Shown: piece after piece, positions 11,707 through 24,899 of the stretch | Layout: every line of letters begins with the position of its first letter | Position numbering within the stretch: the first letter of the stretch is position 1 | From: Chara braunii | Taxonomy: Eukaryota; Plantae; Charophyceae | Length of the DNA stretch: 64,000 bases | Reading direction: 5' to 3' | NCBI GenBank assembly: GCA_003427395.1 | Contig: BFEA01000023.1 | Coordinates: 1,878,539 to 1,942,538 of the forward strand | Made by a program: the position numbers and the translations under genes | Notes under the pieces: model-generated | The model's database searches: none | Told to the model about the DNA's origin: nothing | What the model saw: the letters and a program-made list of their open reading frames with translations, nothing else

Positions 11707-14386
11707 AACAACACTCCTTCCATTCTGGGGAGTGGAAATCCAGTTCACCACAACCGGAAGGAAAAGTAAAACGAAGTAACCCACAAACGCTTCTCCCAAT
11801 CGAGGTAAGAGAACCAGAGCCACTGCTTCCAAGGGACACTTCCTGAGTGCTAACTATAGGGCCAGCAGCGTTGATTGCCTTCCCAAGGAAAGACCGACTC
11901 CCAGTCCTCTCTGACCGGTAATCCCATTTGCACATCCACGTCTCGAGACCACTACTCCCCACATTAGCGTCTGGCGACCACCCAGACCTCCTCCGGCGTT
12001 CATGAAACGTCTAATGACAGCACCAGTACCACCAACTTCATCTGCACTGCCTGCAACCCAAGTCACCTCTCCCCATTCACATGCATAGTCACCTCTCCCC
12101 ATTCACATGCATACTAAAGGGAGGTCCAATCTCTGATCTTGTAACAGGGCGTAAGGAACACCCAAAAACGCTCAATGTGATAGCAGGGCGTAAGGAACAT
12201 CAGGCCTCAGAGCAGGTAGATTAGAACCGCCACGCATCAAAAGACATCCCAGATCAGCCTGACCACCCTCCTCTCCCACGCTCCCTCCCCAGAAACCCAA
12301 GGAATTTCCCACAAATTCCTCCTGACCTTCCCCCCAACCCGGTTCTTCCTCACCCTCCACTACCACTTTTGTATCCAAAAAATCACCCATCAAACCCTTT
12401 CTTCCATTCCCCTCTGCAATCCCCTTCCCTTTCCACTCATGTTTCAATCTGACCGTCAACCCCTTTCGCCCCCTCCCCCCTCCCAACCCTCCCCAAGCCA
12501 GAGTTATCGGACGTATCATTAAAAGGATGAGATGATGAGCCCTTCCCCTTTGACGCATCCCCTCCCCCAGTACCCATATCCAGACCACCAACCGAGCGGG
12601 AGAAAGGCACCCTCCCATCCGCAGCAACTCTCCTTCCCCTCGATCACCACCCAAAGACTAAAAACCCTACCTTGCGATCTTAATCAAAGTTCTATCATAC
12701 AGTACAGTCGTCATCTTCCTCATGAACATTCCCGCTCATCATCTACTGACAGGGCTGACGAGCTCCTCTCAAGGAGCCTTCAGATCCAAGATATCATTCA
12801 ACCAACACCACGAGTATCTACTAACATCTACTATTACAGGGATTGAGCAGTTCCTAGTGTTGCCAGATGACCAGCATCGCCATGAAATTCTCAGACCGGA
12901 CGGCGGGGTGCCATCCGTGCTTCTCTGGGATGAGTTCTTCTCTTTCTCTTTCCCTCTCTTCTCTGCTCTTTCTGTTCCGTGACATCATTTGACCTTTGTG
13001 ATTGCTTGAAAGGCTATGTGTCTTATCCTCGGCATGCTGGTGGTCTAAGGTGTCAAGCAAAAGGTTCGGCAACACTAGATAGCTTTCCAGACCACTAGAA
13101 AGGTTTGATCCATCACTACAATGCCGGTGGTGTGAAGTCAAGCGAGGGGTTCTGCAACATAGCTTCAAGAAGACTGATGAATCACCACTGCCACCTCTTT
13201 TGTCCATTCACGGCCCTGAATTTGCCGAATATTTGGCCTCAACAACCCTCCAAATATCTCCGCCGGCTTCCCATTATACTACTACTATCCCCGTTCACCC
13301 TCCCGTCACCATCGCTTGAGTTGCATCAGACTTGAGCCCACTCTCCTCGTCCTCCCACCCCTCCCTCTCACTCCCTCCTTCCTCTCCCCCCTCCCCCCCC
13401 TCATTCTCCCTTTCCTCCTTCCTCCCCCTCCGGTCTCCCTTCCCGGCTTCCTCCCCCTTCCCTCTTTCCAACCCAATTCCAACTTCTCTAAGCAACAAAA
13501 CCGACCGCGCATTTCTATCTGTCGCCATCCCATAAGGCCATGCCAGCGGGTATCCCACCCTCTTCCACCTCCTCTCCCTCCTCTTCCCTCCTTCCTATCC
13601 TCATCCTCCAGGTCCTCGTTCATCTCCCTGCCCTCGATAGTAATATGCTCTAATATAGCACGTCAGTTTAGTATCATCGCCATCAAACACTATCGCACAG
13701 TTGGCAAGTCGGCATCCCAATCGTCGCTCCTATGACATAGCAGTACTTCCGACTGTGGTCTTCTTCATTAATACAAGTACTGGAAGCAATAAAACGGCGC
13801 ATTCTATCTGTCGCCATCCCATAAAGCCATACCAGCGGGCATCTACACCCCTCGGAGTATCATCATGATCCGCAGGATCAGCAACACAACCATAGCAGTA
13901 ACGAAGAGCATCAAACTCTCCGTCGGTCGTCAACTACTCGTCCCCCATCCTTCCTTATTAGAATCTCAAAAGAATCTAGTCTTATCCGCGCCCCAGGCCG
14001 ATGACCACAGCATCGTCATCGCCCCCCGCCCCCCACCCCACCAATCCTTCCTTATCCGGAACCCAAAAACAGATCCGAGACCAAATTCATACCTTTCTTC
14101 AGTCGCCACCCACCCAACCCAAGCCCAGAACCTAAAACACCAGGAGCGCACCCTTTTCCCTCTTCATTCTGCACAAGACTACCATCCTGCCCTAAACCCA
14201 GAACCCTAAACCCCTCCAAAAAACAAAACCCTTCACCAAAGCCCCAAAATCTTGAAGTCAGGCCATGCACCACCAAAAACACACACCTTAAACCCTGAAC
14301 CACATATTCACCCGCAATACAAACCGAAAGCTCTGCAGGTTATGAGAACATACAGTATTTAAAAACGACAACGACTCAACAACATA

Positions 14387-14387
14387 A

Positions 14388-14425
<38 letters not shown>
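14387..14425. repeat. (AAT)n microsatellite
   Basis: direct. Confidence 0.9.
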
Positions 14426-14426
<1 letters not shown>

Positions 14427-14463
14427 CAAATTACAGAAGACGAGAATAATCGCGATCACATAC

Positions 14464-14650
14464 CAGGTCCAAATCTTGCGATGCATTCAACCCTCTCGTC
14501 CGCAGGAACGACGTCACCGTCCAGCACCTCCAACGTCCGCAAAGAATAGACCAAAAACCCTCTACAATGAGGCAGAGAAGAAATAGGATTGCCTTGAACG
14601 GTTAGGCTAGCCAAGTTCTTCATTCCAGCAAGCTTCTCGAATTCCGCGAG
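14464..14650 (-). CDS. CNTRL: Centriolin-like protein, exon 3 (last LRR and LRR cap, LTVQGNPISSLPHCRGFLVYSLRTLEVLDG...ARF)
   Basis: TGCAG acceptor phase 0, G|GTATGT donor phase 1; LRRcap motif NP...P.....L..L..LDG. Confidence 0.9.
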
Positions 14651-15639
14651 CTGCATGACAAATGCACCCAATACCACATCCATTCATGCAACGCTGTTAT
14701 GAAACAGTTACGCAGGCAACGACCACCCCCCCCCCCCCCCCCCTCCCACATATAAAACACGAACGCGCGCGCGCACACACACACGTGCGCACTTGCACAG
14801 AAAAACGCGTGGAAATTCTGGACTCAGACTCTACGGGCATTTCGGTCTCCATATGAGATGAAAAAACCTTTCGCACTCGGGCTGACGCTCAAACATGGAC
14901 AGGATAGGAACGGAATCTTTCTTCCCTAGCAACGCTCCAGGTTGCTCAGCCGTGAAGGGGAGCAATGCCATGGTCATGGTTGGGTTGCCTGCATCTAGCG
15001 ATGCAGACTGGTTTGGTTGGGGGACAAGCCAACGTTCGAAATCACACGGCGTATTATGGCATCCGAAGAACACCCCGCCTTTGGATACACAACTCCCATA
15101 AACCCGGGAGCAAAAATGTCACTCTCAATACATGCAGGCAGCAAATCTTTTTTTTTTTTTTTTGAGGAAAACGTCCCCGCCAGTGTTAGTGGTCCTGATA
15201 AGAGTAGACACCACTAGCACCTGGGGAGAGGCTCCAGGCAGCAAATCACCAAAAAAAGACAAAACTTTTTCACAAAGTAGGAAAAGGAAGCAGGACCGCA
15301 CACGTTCTTCCCTATCCACTTGAACGATGCGGACAGATTTTTCTTAATCCCCTCTTTAAGCTACATTCTTCTCTCAATTTCACCGGACAGATTTTTTTTG
15401 TTTTCACCTTCTAGGAGGTCTCTTTCTGAAAAAAAATATTGAACTGACCAGAACAAATTCAACAGACACTGCATTTGATCTTATTATGCCAAAAGGCCAA
15501 GAAAGGTATGATTCTGGGAGGTCTCCGTCAATAGTGGATGGGTAAAACTCCAAACATATATATGAATGCTGTACTGTCACCCCAGAGTTAGCAGTGGCCG
15601 CTGGTTTAAAAAAAAAAAACACAAAAAAAAAACAGTTAT

Positions 15640-15923
15640 CTAGGCTACCAGAGTGGCCCAGGATCACTTGCCCGGTCCGGCCAAAAAAAAAAAAAAAAAA
15701 AAAAAAAAGAAGTTTAACTTTATTTTTTAATTATTTTTTGGGTAACGAATTCCTATGTGACCCTGAGGCAAACGTTGTTCAGTTTATTTTCTGCATAACA
15801 TAGATTTTTTTCAGATTTTTCCGAATTTTTTTTTTTTTTTTTGGATGGGACCTACTTTGGCCCTCGCACGGCCGGGCCGCCCGGGCAAACAAGGTCACCC
15901 GGGCGGCCCGGCTGATAGCCTAG
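15640..15923. mobile_element. hAT-like MITE, family 1 (older copy)
   Basis: TIR CTAGGCTACCAG...CTGATAGCCTAG; internal similarity to 4392-4659; TSD not exact. Confidence 0.8.
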
Positions 15924-16169
15924 AGTATTATCCATTCTTTCTGCTTGTGTGGCACCGTCTCTTCAGCTCTTCCTTATTCATTCTTCAGTTTCATTTATTA
16001 TTATTTCTTTCCAGTTTACAAGTGTCAGCTCTTCCATCTCTTTCCTTTCACTTTTCAGTGAAATCTTTCATTTCTCCCCAAGTACACAGGCAATCAGCCA
16101 TGAGAAGAACAAGACCAAGAGAGCGCTTCAAGAAGAAAGAGCGGCAAGTTCGTTGCCTTGGGGTCCTAC

Positions 16170-16439
16170 CTCTGCAATCTTGTTCCGTCCCAATCGTAGG
16201 AGCCTCAACCTTCTTAAATACAACAAAGACCTCGGAACTTGTTGCAGCCGGTTCCCTGTCAGATTCAGCTCCTCTAGTCTCTCAAGACCCTCTATACCAT
16301 CGAGTCGGCTGATATGATTGTCTGCCAGAGAGAGAACCGTCAGCCTCTTGAGGCAGCCCACGTTGTCCAGTCTAGTCAACAAGTTGCACGAAAGGTCCAG
16401 CCGATGCAGGTTGACAAACGCGTCCAGGTTCTCGATGCG
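16170..16439 (-). CDS. CNTRL: Centriolin-like protein, exon 2 (SDS22-type LRRs, RIENLDAFVNLHRLDLSCN...GRNKIAE)
   Basis: TGCAG acceptor, GAG|GTAGGA donor, 90 codons, four LxxLxLxxN repeats. Confidence 0.9.
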
Positions 16440-17069
16440 CTGCATATACGCAACAAAAAAGAAAGACAAACACGAAGGACAAGAAACGGGGACGATATTA
16501 AGCACGCCGCTTCCTGTCGACTTCCTTCCAAAAAAAAAAAAAGAAATGGGGACGAGAGAGATATGCGGGGCAAACGGGAGAGAAGGAGAATGGTCAGTGA
16601 TCCTATTCATAGTAATTCGAAGAAGAGGCAAGAGCACAAGATAGACAGAAAACAAGCAGGAAGCTGCCACGGCAACATCGATCCATTATCCACGATCAAC
16701 ACATCTAATACACTGTCAGTATATGCCACACCCCAATCCAATCCCCCCTCAATTACTGGTGTGAAAGACCAAGGTCCTTCGCTCAACTTCTTTTTTTTTT
16801 TTCCGGAAACACCCCCCTCGGGGCGAGATGCCACTGGCAAAGAGGGATTTGATCAAGTACCTGAATCTGGATGTTTATGCGCAGATGCAGAAAAACGGAT
16901 CACTCGCGGATTTCCGCACAAACACGTCCAGTTTCAGGCTTTCAATCCAATCCCGGTTCCTGGTGGGATCTCGCCGTCGGACTTCCTTTCATCGCAGAAA
17001 ACCAATTACCAAACATGGAAGATCTGCAAAGAAATCATCTGCAAAGAAAACAATGAACCCCAGGAAAAG

Positions 17070-17073
<4 letters not shown>

Positions 17074-17164
<91 letters not shown>

Positions 17165-17165
17165 N

Positions 17166-17236
<71 letters not shown>
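17074..17236. repeat. (CT)n(CA)n compound microsatellite
   Basis: direct; similar compounds at 18862-19000 and 20429-20580. Confidence 0.95.
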
Positions 17237-17238
<2 letters not shown>

Positions 17239-17922
17239 ACGAAGCAATCGAACAAACATCCAAACAACCAGTTGAATAGGATAAGGCATAATCCAATGAA
17301 GATCGCCCAATTGAAACGGAGTACCCTCTCTCCACTTACTTCCTCATCGAGAAAACGGACTTCCTTCATCACAGAACACCAATTACGAAACATGAAAATC
17401 TACAGAGAAACAATGAACCCCAGGAAAAAGGAAAAACAACAAACAAACGAACCAACCGAACAACCAGTAGATCCAAACAACCAGTAGGATAAGGCATAAT
17501 AATCCAATGAAGATCTCGACCAACGGAAACGGAGTACCCTCTCTCCACTTATTTCCTCGTCGAAAAAAAGCAAGAACTCGAAATTTGTCACCATCCTCAG
17601 GTAAGAGGCCTGGCAAAACAGACAAAAGTTTCCTCAACAAAAAAAAAAAACGAGTGAAGCGATCAACAATGTGGTGACGTGTCAATCAGTTACGTGAACG
17701 CATGTAGAATGACAAATAAATAAGCAATCGGGAATCGCGAAGAGGGAAAAGATTCCTTATGAAAAAAAAAACGAGGTCGTCAAGCAGATCAGTCGGACAT
17801 CTCGCAAACAAAAAATATGACGGTGAGTAGTGGAGCGAGGCCCAATGTCTAGCGGAAGATCCATTCTCCTTTGTTTTTTTTTGTTTTTTTTTTTTTATCC
17901 ATTCTCACTTTGCTCTTTCGGT

Positions 17923-18425
17923 GAGCTGTGAGCGAGGCCCAATGTCTGACCCGCTAATGTCTGAGATATCCCGCCAGCCTGCATTTGGTCGTTCGCACGA
18001 AGAGATGCAGATTAAGCACCTGCCCGTCTTCACCGTCAAGATGCACACGGCGTTGCCTATCCAAGACATACCACCGATCCGCCAGCAAAGTGAGATCCAT
18101 TCACTTTACTTTGATGAGCTGCGGGGCGAGGCCCAATGTCTGATCCGCTAATGCCTGAAATATCCCGCCAATCTGCATTTAGTCGTTCGCACGAACGTAC
18201 AGATTATTCACCTGACTGTCTTCACCGTCAAGATGCACACGGCGTGGCCTATCCAAGGCATACCACCGATCCGCCAGCAAAGTGAGATCCATTCTCAATT
18301 TACTTTGATGAGCTGTGGGGCGAGGCCCAATGTCTGATCCGCTAATGCCTGAAATATCCCGCCAGTCTGCATTTAGTCGTTCGCACGAACGGATAGCCTA
18401 TCCTAGACATACCACCGATCCACCA
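17923..18425. repeat. ~193-bp tandem repeat, ~2.6 copies
   Basis: GAGCTG...GCGAGGCCCAATGTCTGA(T/C)CCGCTAATG at ~17923, ~18116, ~18309. Confidence 0.85.
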
Positions 18426-18861
18426 GTCAAGTAACAAACCCGGGATCTATCAAAATATAATTCAAAGGCAGAACTTCGCGACATTGGTAAAATTACCAAT
18501 CACATTTTCGATAGGGCGTCTCGCTGCCATGCCATTGATGCAGAATCATGCTTACAGGCATTTAGTAGTAAATAGAAGTAGTTCCAATCCCGTGGAACTA
18601 CCTAAGAAATCGAGGATTAGCCTCCTTCCTGAAGAAAGCAGGGAAAAAAGGCCTGCCTGCCTCTACATATTCACAAAGGAGTCTAACTATTTTCATAATC
18701 AAGAAAAAAGCTCAAACACATATACATTGAAGTTAATCACAGGTCCCTCAGACTGATGGTGACGTAGATGATTAGAGCGGTAGCGACTATCGGTCTGCCT
18801 TGCCGCCTATTGTCGATGTGGAATCGTGGCCGCACCGGATCGCGCTGTCACCAGTCGATGG

Positions 18862-18948
<87 letters not shown>

Positions 18949-20425
18949 TGTGTGTCTCTGTCTGTGTGTGTGTGTGTGTGTCTCTGTCTGTGTGTGTGTG
19001 TGTACACGTAAACTTGCATGTACATATATAGATCTATATGTATACATATATGGACACATGTACATACATCAATATAAATTTATGTATGTCCCTCTGTCAG
19101 CCGATTTATAATCCCCGAACGTTCAACTAGCCGGGAAAGTGATAGAGCCACGTCGCCAACCTCAACTCTCGATTGTAACAGCAAGAAATTTACACCAATG
19201 GGGCCGATAAAATGAAAAACCGCCTCGATCGACGTGAAAGCGATCTAGAGAAGGCACCGTCACCGACAAGGGCCAGCAAAGAAAATATCATCACGGGGCA
19301 TCCGGCATCACTCTAATATCTTGCAGATTAAACCCGACAAAAACAGTTGCTCACCCTTCTTGACCTTAGCCAAAGCGTGGAACATGTTGGCCACCCCACG
19401 TAGACCAAGCGGTCCACGTAGGATCACGGCCCATGGAACTAAGCAAGCAATTCAGCTCATGAATGCAACGACCACCTTGGACCACAATTACAGCACAAAT
19501 TCACAACCAATCCCCATTTACCTACCAAGTGGGACCAGGGCTGCGGTAATGGAACGCGCTGCACACCCCACGCGGGTCAGGATAGGTTCGCCTGCTCCAC
19601 GCAGGCAACCACGGAATACTCACCATGACCGGGCGCCGTTCAAGCAAGCAGTCGGTCATCGAACTACCACAAGCGAACCACCCTCGCGGACTACTGTCTT
19701 CACCCGACTACAACGTACGATCATTATTGCTGTAACTAGACTGAAAGTTGCCCCAAATACAGCCATAATGACCGTCCGTCGTATAGGGGTGAAGACGGTA
19801 GAAGACGCCGATGGGATGCGTCCGGCTTAGGGGATGCATGACTTCATGACGCTGCTGCTATGGCTGCTGTAAGAGGACGTTCGCCGCCTCCTGTCTTGTC
19901 GAGACATGGCTCGGGCCGGCTGCAATCTGATTCGAGATTCTGCAAGCATAAACAAAACGAGGCACGCTTCGAACACATAGAAAGCCGCTTTTCTATTTTC
20001 TCGACACGTGGGGGATCTGCGGGCGAACAGCCGCCTCCTATTTTCTCGACACGTGAGACTCGGGCAGGCTGCGATCCATCCGCTTTGAGATTCTGCAAGC
20101 AACGCTTCGACCACATACAAAAGACGAGCAGCATGGCTGCTTGAAAGCATCTCCACACGCGAGTTCGAGCACTCCCTCAGCTATTTTTTCTAGGCAACTC
20201 CACCCATTCGTCTTACGCGTGTAAATACGGCGTTAGAGAGCAGGATTTCCTACGATCACGTTAACGTGATGACCGCGATATCTTTTTGCTTCTGCTTTCA
20301 GGAAGCAACGAACAGTAACAAGTCTCCTTTGGTCTCCATCTGTGGCCTGAAGCTCGGGAAAGGGATTGTAATACGTATGTGCGTAGACAAAATGCCTTTC
20401 CAGGCAAGCAAAGGTGGAAAGGACC

Positions 20426-20499
<74 letters not shown>

Positions 20500-20882
20500 N
20501 NNNNNNNNNNNNNNCACACACACACACACACACACACAAACACAAACACACACACAAACAAACACACACACACAAACACACATTGTGTACACAAGCAAGC
20601 GCTCTCTCTTTCTCTCCTTCATCACGTACACAGATCGTATTGTCCATTTCATAACGCAGACACATATCATTCTTTTTGCATGACTGACAACAAGAGATGT
20701 ACGTTCCATCTTGCCGCACACGCTTACGCGCGCGCACACACGCACACACAATTCCTTCTGTTTCGTTACCCCACAAGCTCACAAGCACGAGGTGCTACGG
20801 TGTAAAAGCGCCCAGCACCCGAGAACAAGAAGAGATTGGACATCACAGACAGATATACAAGTACGGCGAGACGGCCAGAAAC

Positions 20883-21005
20883 CTTAATCCTTCCCCTTCT
20901 GCCATCTGCGTTGCGGATAGCCAGTGTAGTCACTTCCTTGGGATCCCGACCGGCCGTGATTTTCTCCAGCAAGTTGCTCGTCATGTACAGCACAGAGTTT
21001 TCCAT
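20883..21005 (-). CDS. CNTRL: Centriolin-like LRR/coiled-coil protein, coding exon 1 (MENSVLYMTSNLLEKIT...GRRGRIK)
   Basis: ATG in GCCATGG context at 21005; 41 codons then AAG|GT donor; resembles the centriolin N-terminus as I recall it (YIT..LIKKLT...KKFK|YIENL); phase 0 fits exon 2. Confidence 0.8.
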
Positions 21006-23189
21006 GGCGTCTCTCGGAAATTCTCTTTCCTCACAAAGTCAGTCTATCAGCCTCCCTCCCAACTCCACTCCGACGTCACAATAGCGGCACCGCGTTTCCA
21101 CTCGCCTCACCACTTCCTCAACCTGTCTCCGCTTCCCTCTCCGCAGTTACTCTGCAGATTCGCGGCCTACTCGGACTATCATGGATTCGTCCTCACCACA
21201 TTTACCTTCCCTATCCTACGGTACAGGGCATTGTCGCAATCGACCAATCCACATGCCATGCACCTGCTCAATGCGCGAGCCATCGGACTCCCATCAATCC
21301 TCTCTCTCACTCTCTCTCTCTTGATCATTCCGCATGTCATCCAACTTCTCAACGCTCGGTGTTAAAAAGCACACACCACAGTCGGCAGCTCTTCACCATT
21401 GCCTTCATCCCCCACGATTTCATCTTCTTGAAGTTGACGACACGTGGCACTGCACTAAACCCGAACGCTTTCTATCCTCTACTCCGAGGTTGGGATGTCA
21501 CACTCGCCTGCACGCCTCATTCTCTGTCTATCGTTCTCCAGACATGATCCCTATATTCTACTCCCTCAACAAGACCTGCTGCACACGAAGGTACTCTCTC
21601 TTGTTCAAGGTTTCGGCATTTGGTCCATGATGGATACATGGCGCGAGACAAGCACTGCACATCATTTCGATTACCTCCCTTCAAGACTTCAGGCATGTTG
21701 CAGAGAGCATGTCATCGCTCAAGATTCCGTAGCTCGCCCATGGCCCATATCTCGTACAAGGAAAACAGTGCACACTATTCTCGGGCAATGCATATTCTGC
21801 GACCACCGTCTATACTGCAAGAAGATGTTGCACATTCGCCGACTTCCTACCTTCGTCCGATCTCTCGTCCTCAGCGTCTCGGTAGGCGACCATCACACTG
21901 CCCTTCTCGTCTGCTCCATGTTCGGATTTATGAAAAACAGTGACGGCTGTTCTACAGACGAAGCCCGACTGGGTCACCAGATGAAGCAACAGCTTTCCCC
22001 CCAGTCTACACCGACACCAACCTCCCACTCTCCTTCGCTGATATCTATCCAGCATGGACTGTGAACAAAACTCCAACAACGTTAAGGTCAATCGATTGAC
22101 CATTTTATCAACCAATCAACCAAGCAAAACACCGATCCCACAGTCAACTCAATGAATATAAGTAACGGATGGATCAGAAGTCCATCAATCAATCACACAG
22201 TCGCCTGTTCATTCGATTGACGGACCATCAATCTATACAAGTCCGCTTTGGCAAAGTCTCATCATCAACGCGATCTTCATCTATATACACTCTCCTCTTT
22301 CGGCCTGAAGCCTACAACGAGTGGTACGGCATTCTACCCTTCGTCCGGCGAGCAGCCTATATAGTAGTTGATTGACAGGCAAGTAATCATAATAAGCCAA
22401 GACGGGGACTACCGTTTCTTAACACTCTCACGCGCAAGCGGGCATATCCGACCAGACAACACCCGCGGACCCCAGGAGACAGGTGAAATCGCCCGCACTC
22501 GGCGGATCCTCGCTCTGCCGCACGGCGCCAGTTTTTTTCTTTTTGGCGCTTAACGGACGGTTTTCGCTGAGATTTTCGGGGCGTTCCCGCGCACTGCGCT
22601 GTATGTCGGAGATTCGAATTCGAATCGACCCCGCTCCCCGTCACTGCTGTCAGCGGATTTGGCCACTCATCAGACCCCGGCGGTTGCTTTCTGGGGCCGG
22701 CAAGTCGCCTGTGAGACGGCGCCGGCAAGGCCAAGCCCAGCGCTGTGAGACGACCGCGGAACGGACGAAAGTCTTCGGCTCTCTTTTTTCCCCTTTTTTT
22801 TCCCCTTTTTTTTTCCCCTCTTCTTTCCCGCCTCGTCGAAGGGGAACGACCCCTTCGACTGTTCATTTCTGTTCAAGGGGACTCCACAGCTCCAAATAAC
22901 CGATTCATATTCCGTTTTTGGTACGGGAGGCAGCGAATTACAACGCGGGTTCAAGCAGTCTACTCCGTCTTGGGGTGGAGAAATATGTACGGAAATAGCG
23001 CATGGTCTTCCGTCTATACCTCGATCTTGTCCTTGCCCTGGGCCAGATGGCATTAGGGCGTCTACCTTGCTGGCAAACACATCGGAGAGGTCGCAAGGTC
23101 GCGTGGCTGAAAACGGGAGCTCAGAAGAAAAGAATAAAAAAAGGAAAATTAAGAAAAAAAAGAAAAAGAAAAAGAAAAAAACGGGAGCT

Positions 23190-24150
23190 CACAATGACAA
23201 GCCGACAGAAGGGACCCTGTGCCTGCTGTCGTTTGGATGTGATGAGTTGACTACCCCTGAACCAGGGCACAGACAAGAGCTCACTCAGGGAACACTGTCG
23301 AAGAGACTGACCGTAATTGCGGCCCAGCCCAGCTCAGCTCATCCAGGAAAGTCCTCCTGTGAGGGCACTCACACCGACTGCTACATCCAGAAAGAGGGTG
23401 TCAGTGTAACTGGGCCTGGGAAACCACAAATCATTTATGGCATGCCTGCCCCCTATCGCGGAGAGTGTGGACCTGGTGGGAACGATGGTGGAAGCAGATC
23501 ACAAAAGACATTTTTCCATGGAACGAAAATTGGGTTCTGCAAGGAATCCTACCGGCGGGGCTGTCTGCGACAGTGGGTTGGGGGTATGTGGCTCAGGTCA
23601 TCAGAGGTATCATTTACGGGGTCATCTGGGCTGACCGTTATGAACAGGTGTTTAGAAACTCCCATCTTTCGCTGAGAGCCATAATCAATAAAGTAAAGGC
23701 GGAAATTCGACATACCATCATAGCAGACTGGCGGAGACGATCCCAAAAGAAAACTAGTGTAAGATCAGTGGGGTGGTTCTCGAAAACTTGGAATTTGAAT
23801 GCTCAGTTGGTCCTGTTTAAACCCAATGGTGCTTTTCAGTTTCCCTCGTGGTTGCTGAAAGACGTGGGATGAGAGTTTGAACCCCCTGGGGTTGTCTGTT
23901 ACCATCAGGGATAAATAGTGGTAGTGGTAGATTTGCAGTCGGACCGCATTAGGTCCTTTCATAGGAACTAGCTGAGGATCAAGTTCGTGTGTGGTTTCTC
24001 GGGTCCCTTGGGGTCTCGTAAAAAGCGAAACTGGGTAAGGCTCCCAGATTTTATTTTGTTTCCGGGCAGACTGTGAGGACCCCGGCCTCAGGTATTTGTC
24101 CTGATTAATGAGAAGCCTTGGGCACTGGGCCCTGTTTTAAAAAAAAAAAA
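23190..24150 (+). mobile_element. 5'-truncated L1/Tx1-like LINE (ORF2 C-terminus, 3' UTR, poly(A))
   Basis: CCHC-type CQCNWAWETTNHLWHACP (~23400-23455), then GVIWADRYEQVF...IIADWRRR...FSKTW; A-tract 24139-24150. Confidence 0.75.
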
Positions 24151-24274
24151 AGAAAGAGCGTGCCCTAACACTCTCCGCTACTCACCAAATGTGCAAAATG
24201 AGAATGGGACACGGAAATTCCAATTTCCACGGTGCTCTATTTTTTCGGTGCTTTCTGCCGGAGACGCAGTTTCT

Positions 24275-24376
24275 TGCATGGGTCCGGAGGAGATAAAATA
24301 GGAAAAACACAGAGCCTTGATGATGCCAGATTGCTCAGAAGTGAGTCATAGAGTTGGGGCTGCAGGCCCACACACC
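24275..24376. repeat. Split direct repeat B2
   Basis: 102-bp near-identical copy of 24798-24899. Confidence 0.9.
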
Positions 24377-24408
24377 GCGGGAAAATCGAGGGTGGGCGGG
24401 TCCGCTTC

Positions 24409-24791
24409 GCCAAAATCTGGCGACGAAAACGTCTCGGCCTCTGAGCAGACTGGTGCCTGTGGTGTGACTGCAGGTTCGCTTATGCGATGGGCGCAGCTGC
24501 TGGCGGACGAAATCCCGAAGCCGCTCCGCGTGAGACAAACCAGCCTGCTACGACCGGTCCTGTGCCGGTCACTTATACACTCGCTGCTCCTGGTACCAGT
24601 GGTTGCCGGTCCTCCGAGGGGCTCCTTCCCGCAGGGTGAGTTCCGCTGAAACCTCCTTCGCCGATCTTGGTTCCACCAGCTCGCAACCGTAGATCTTGAA
24701 AATTAAAGAAATCAAATCATTTAGAAAAGTAGGCTCGACTTCGAATCGGAACCCACCGAGTAGGTACCAACTGCATGGGCTGGAGTACGAC
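24409..24791. repeat. Split direct repeat A2
   Basis: near-identical to 37806-38283 apart from a 95-bp internal indel. Confidence 0.9.
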
Positions 24792-24797
24792 AACAGC

Positions 24798-24899
24798 TGC
24801 ATGGGTCCAGACGAGATAAAACAGGAAAAACACAGAGCCTTGATGATGCCAGATTGCTCAGAAGTGAGTCATAGAGTCGGGGCCGCAGGCCCACACACC
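24798..24899. repeat. Split direct repeat B1
   Basis: copy of 24275-24376. Confidence 0.9.

Noticed and set aside
11301-11962. Long ER-rich and LS-rich ORFs (similar ones at 16.3-17.5, 18.8-19.1 and 20.2-20.8 kb)
   Set aside because: Produced by AG/CT/CA microsatellites
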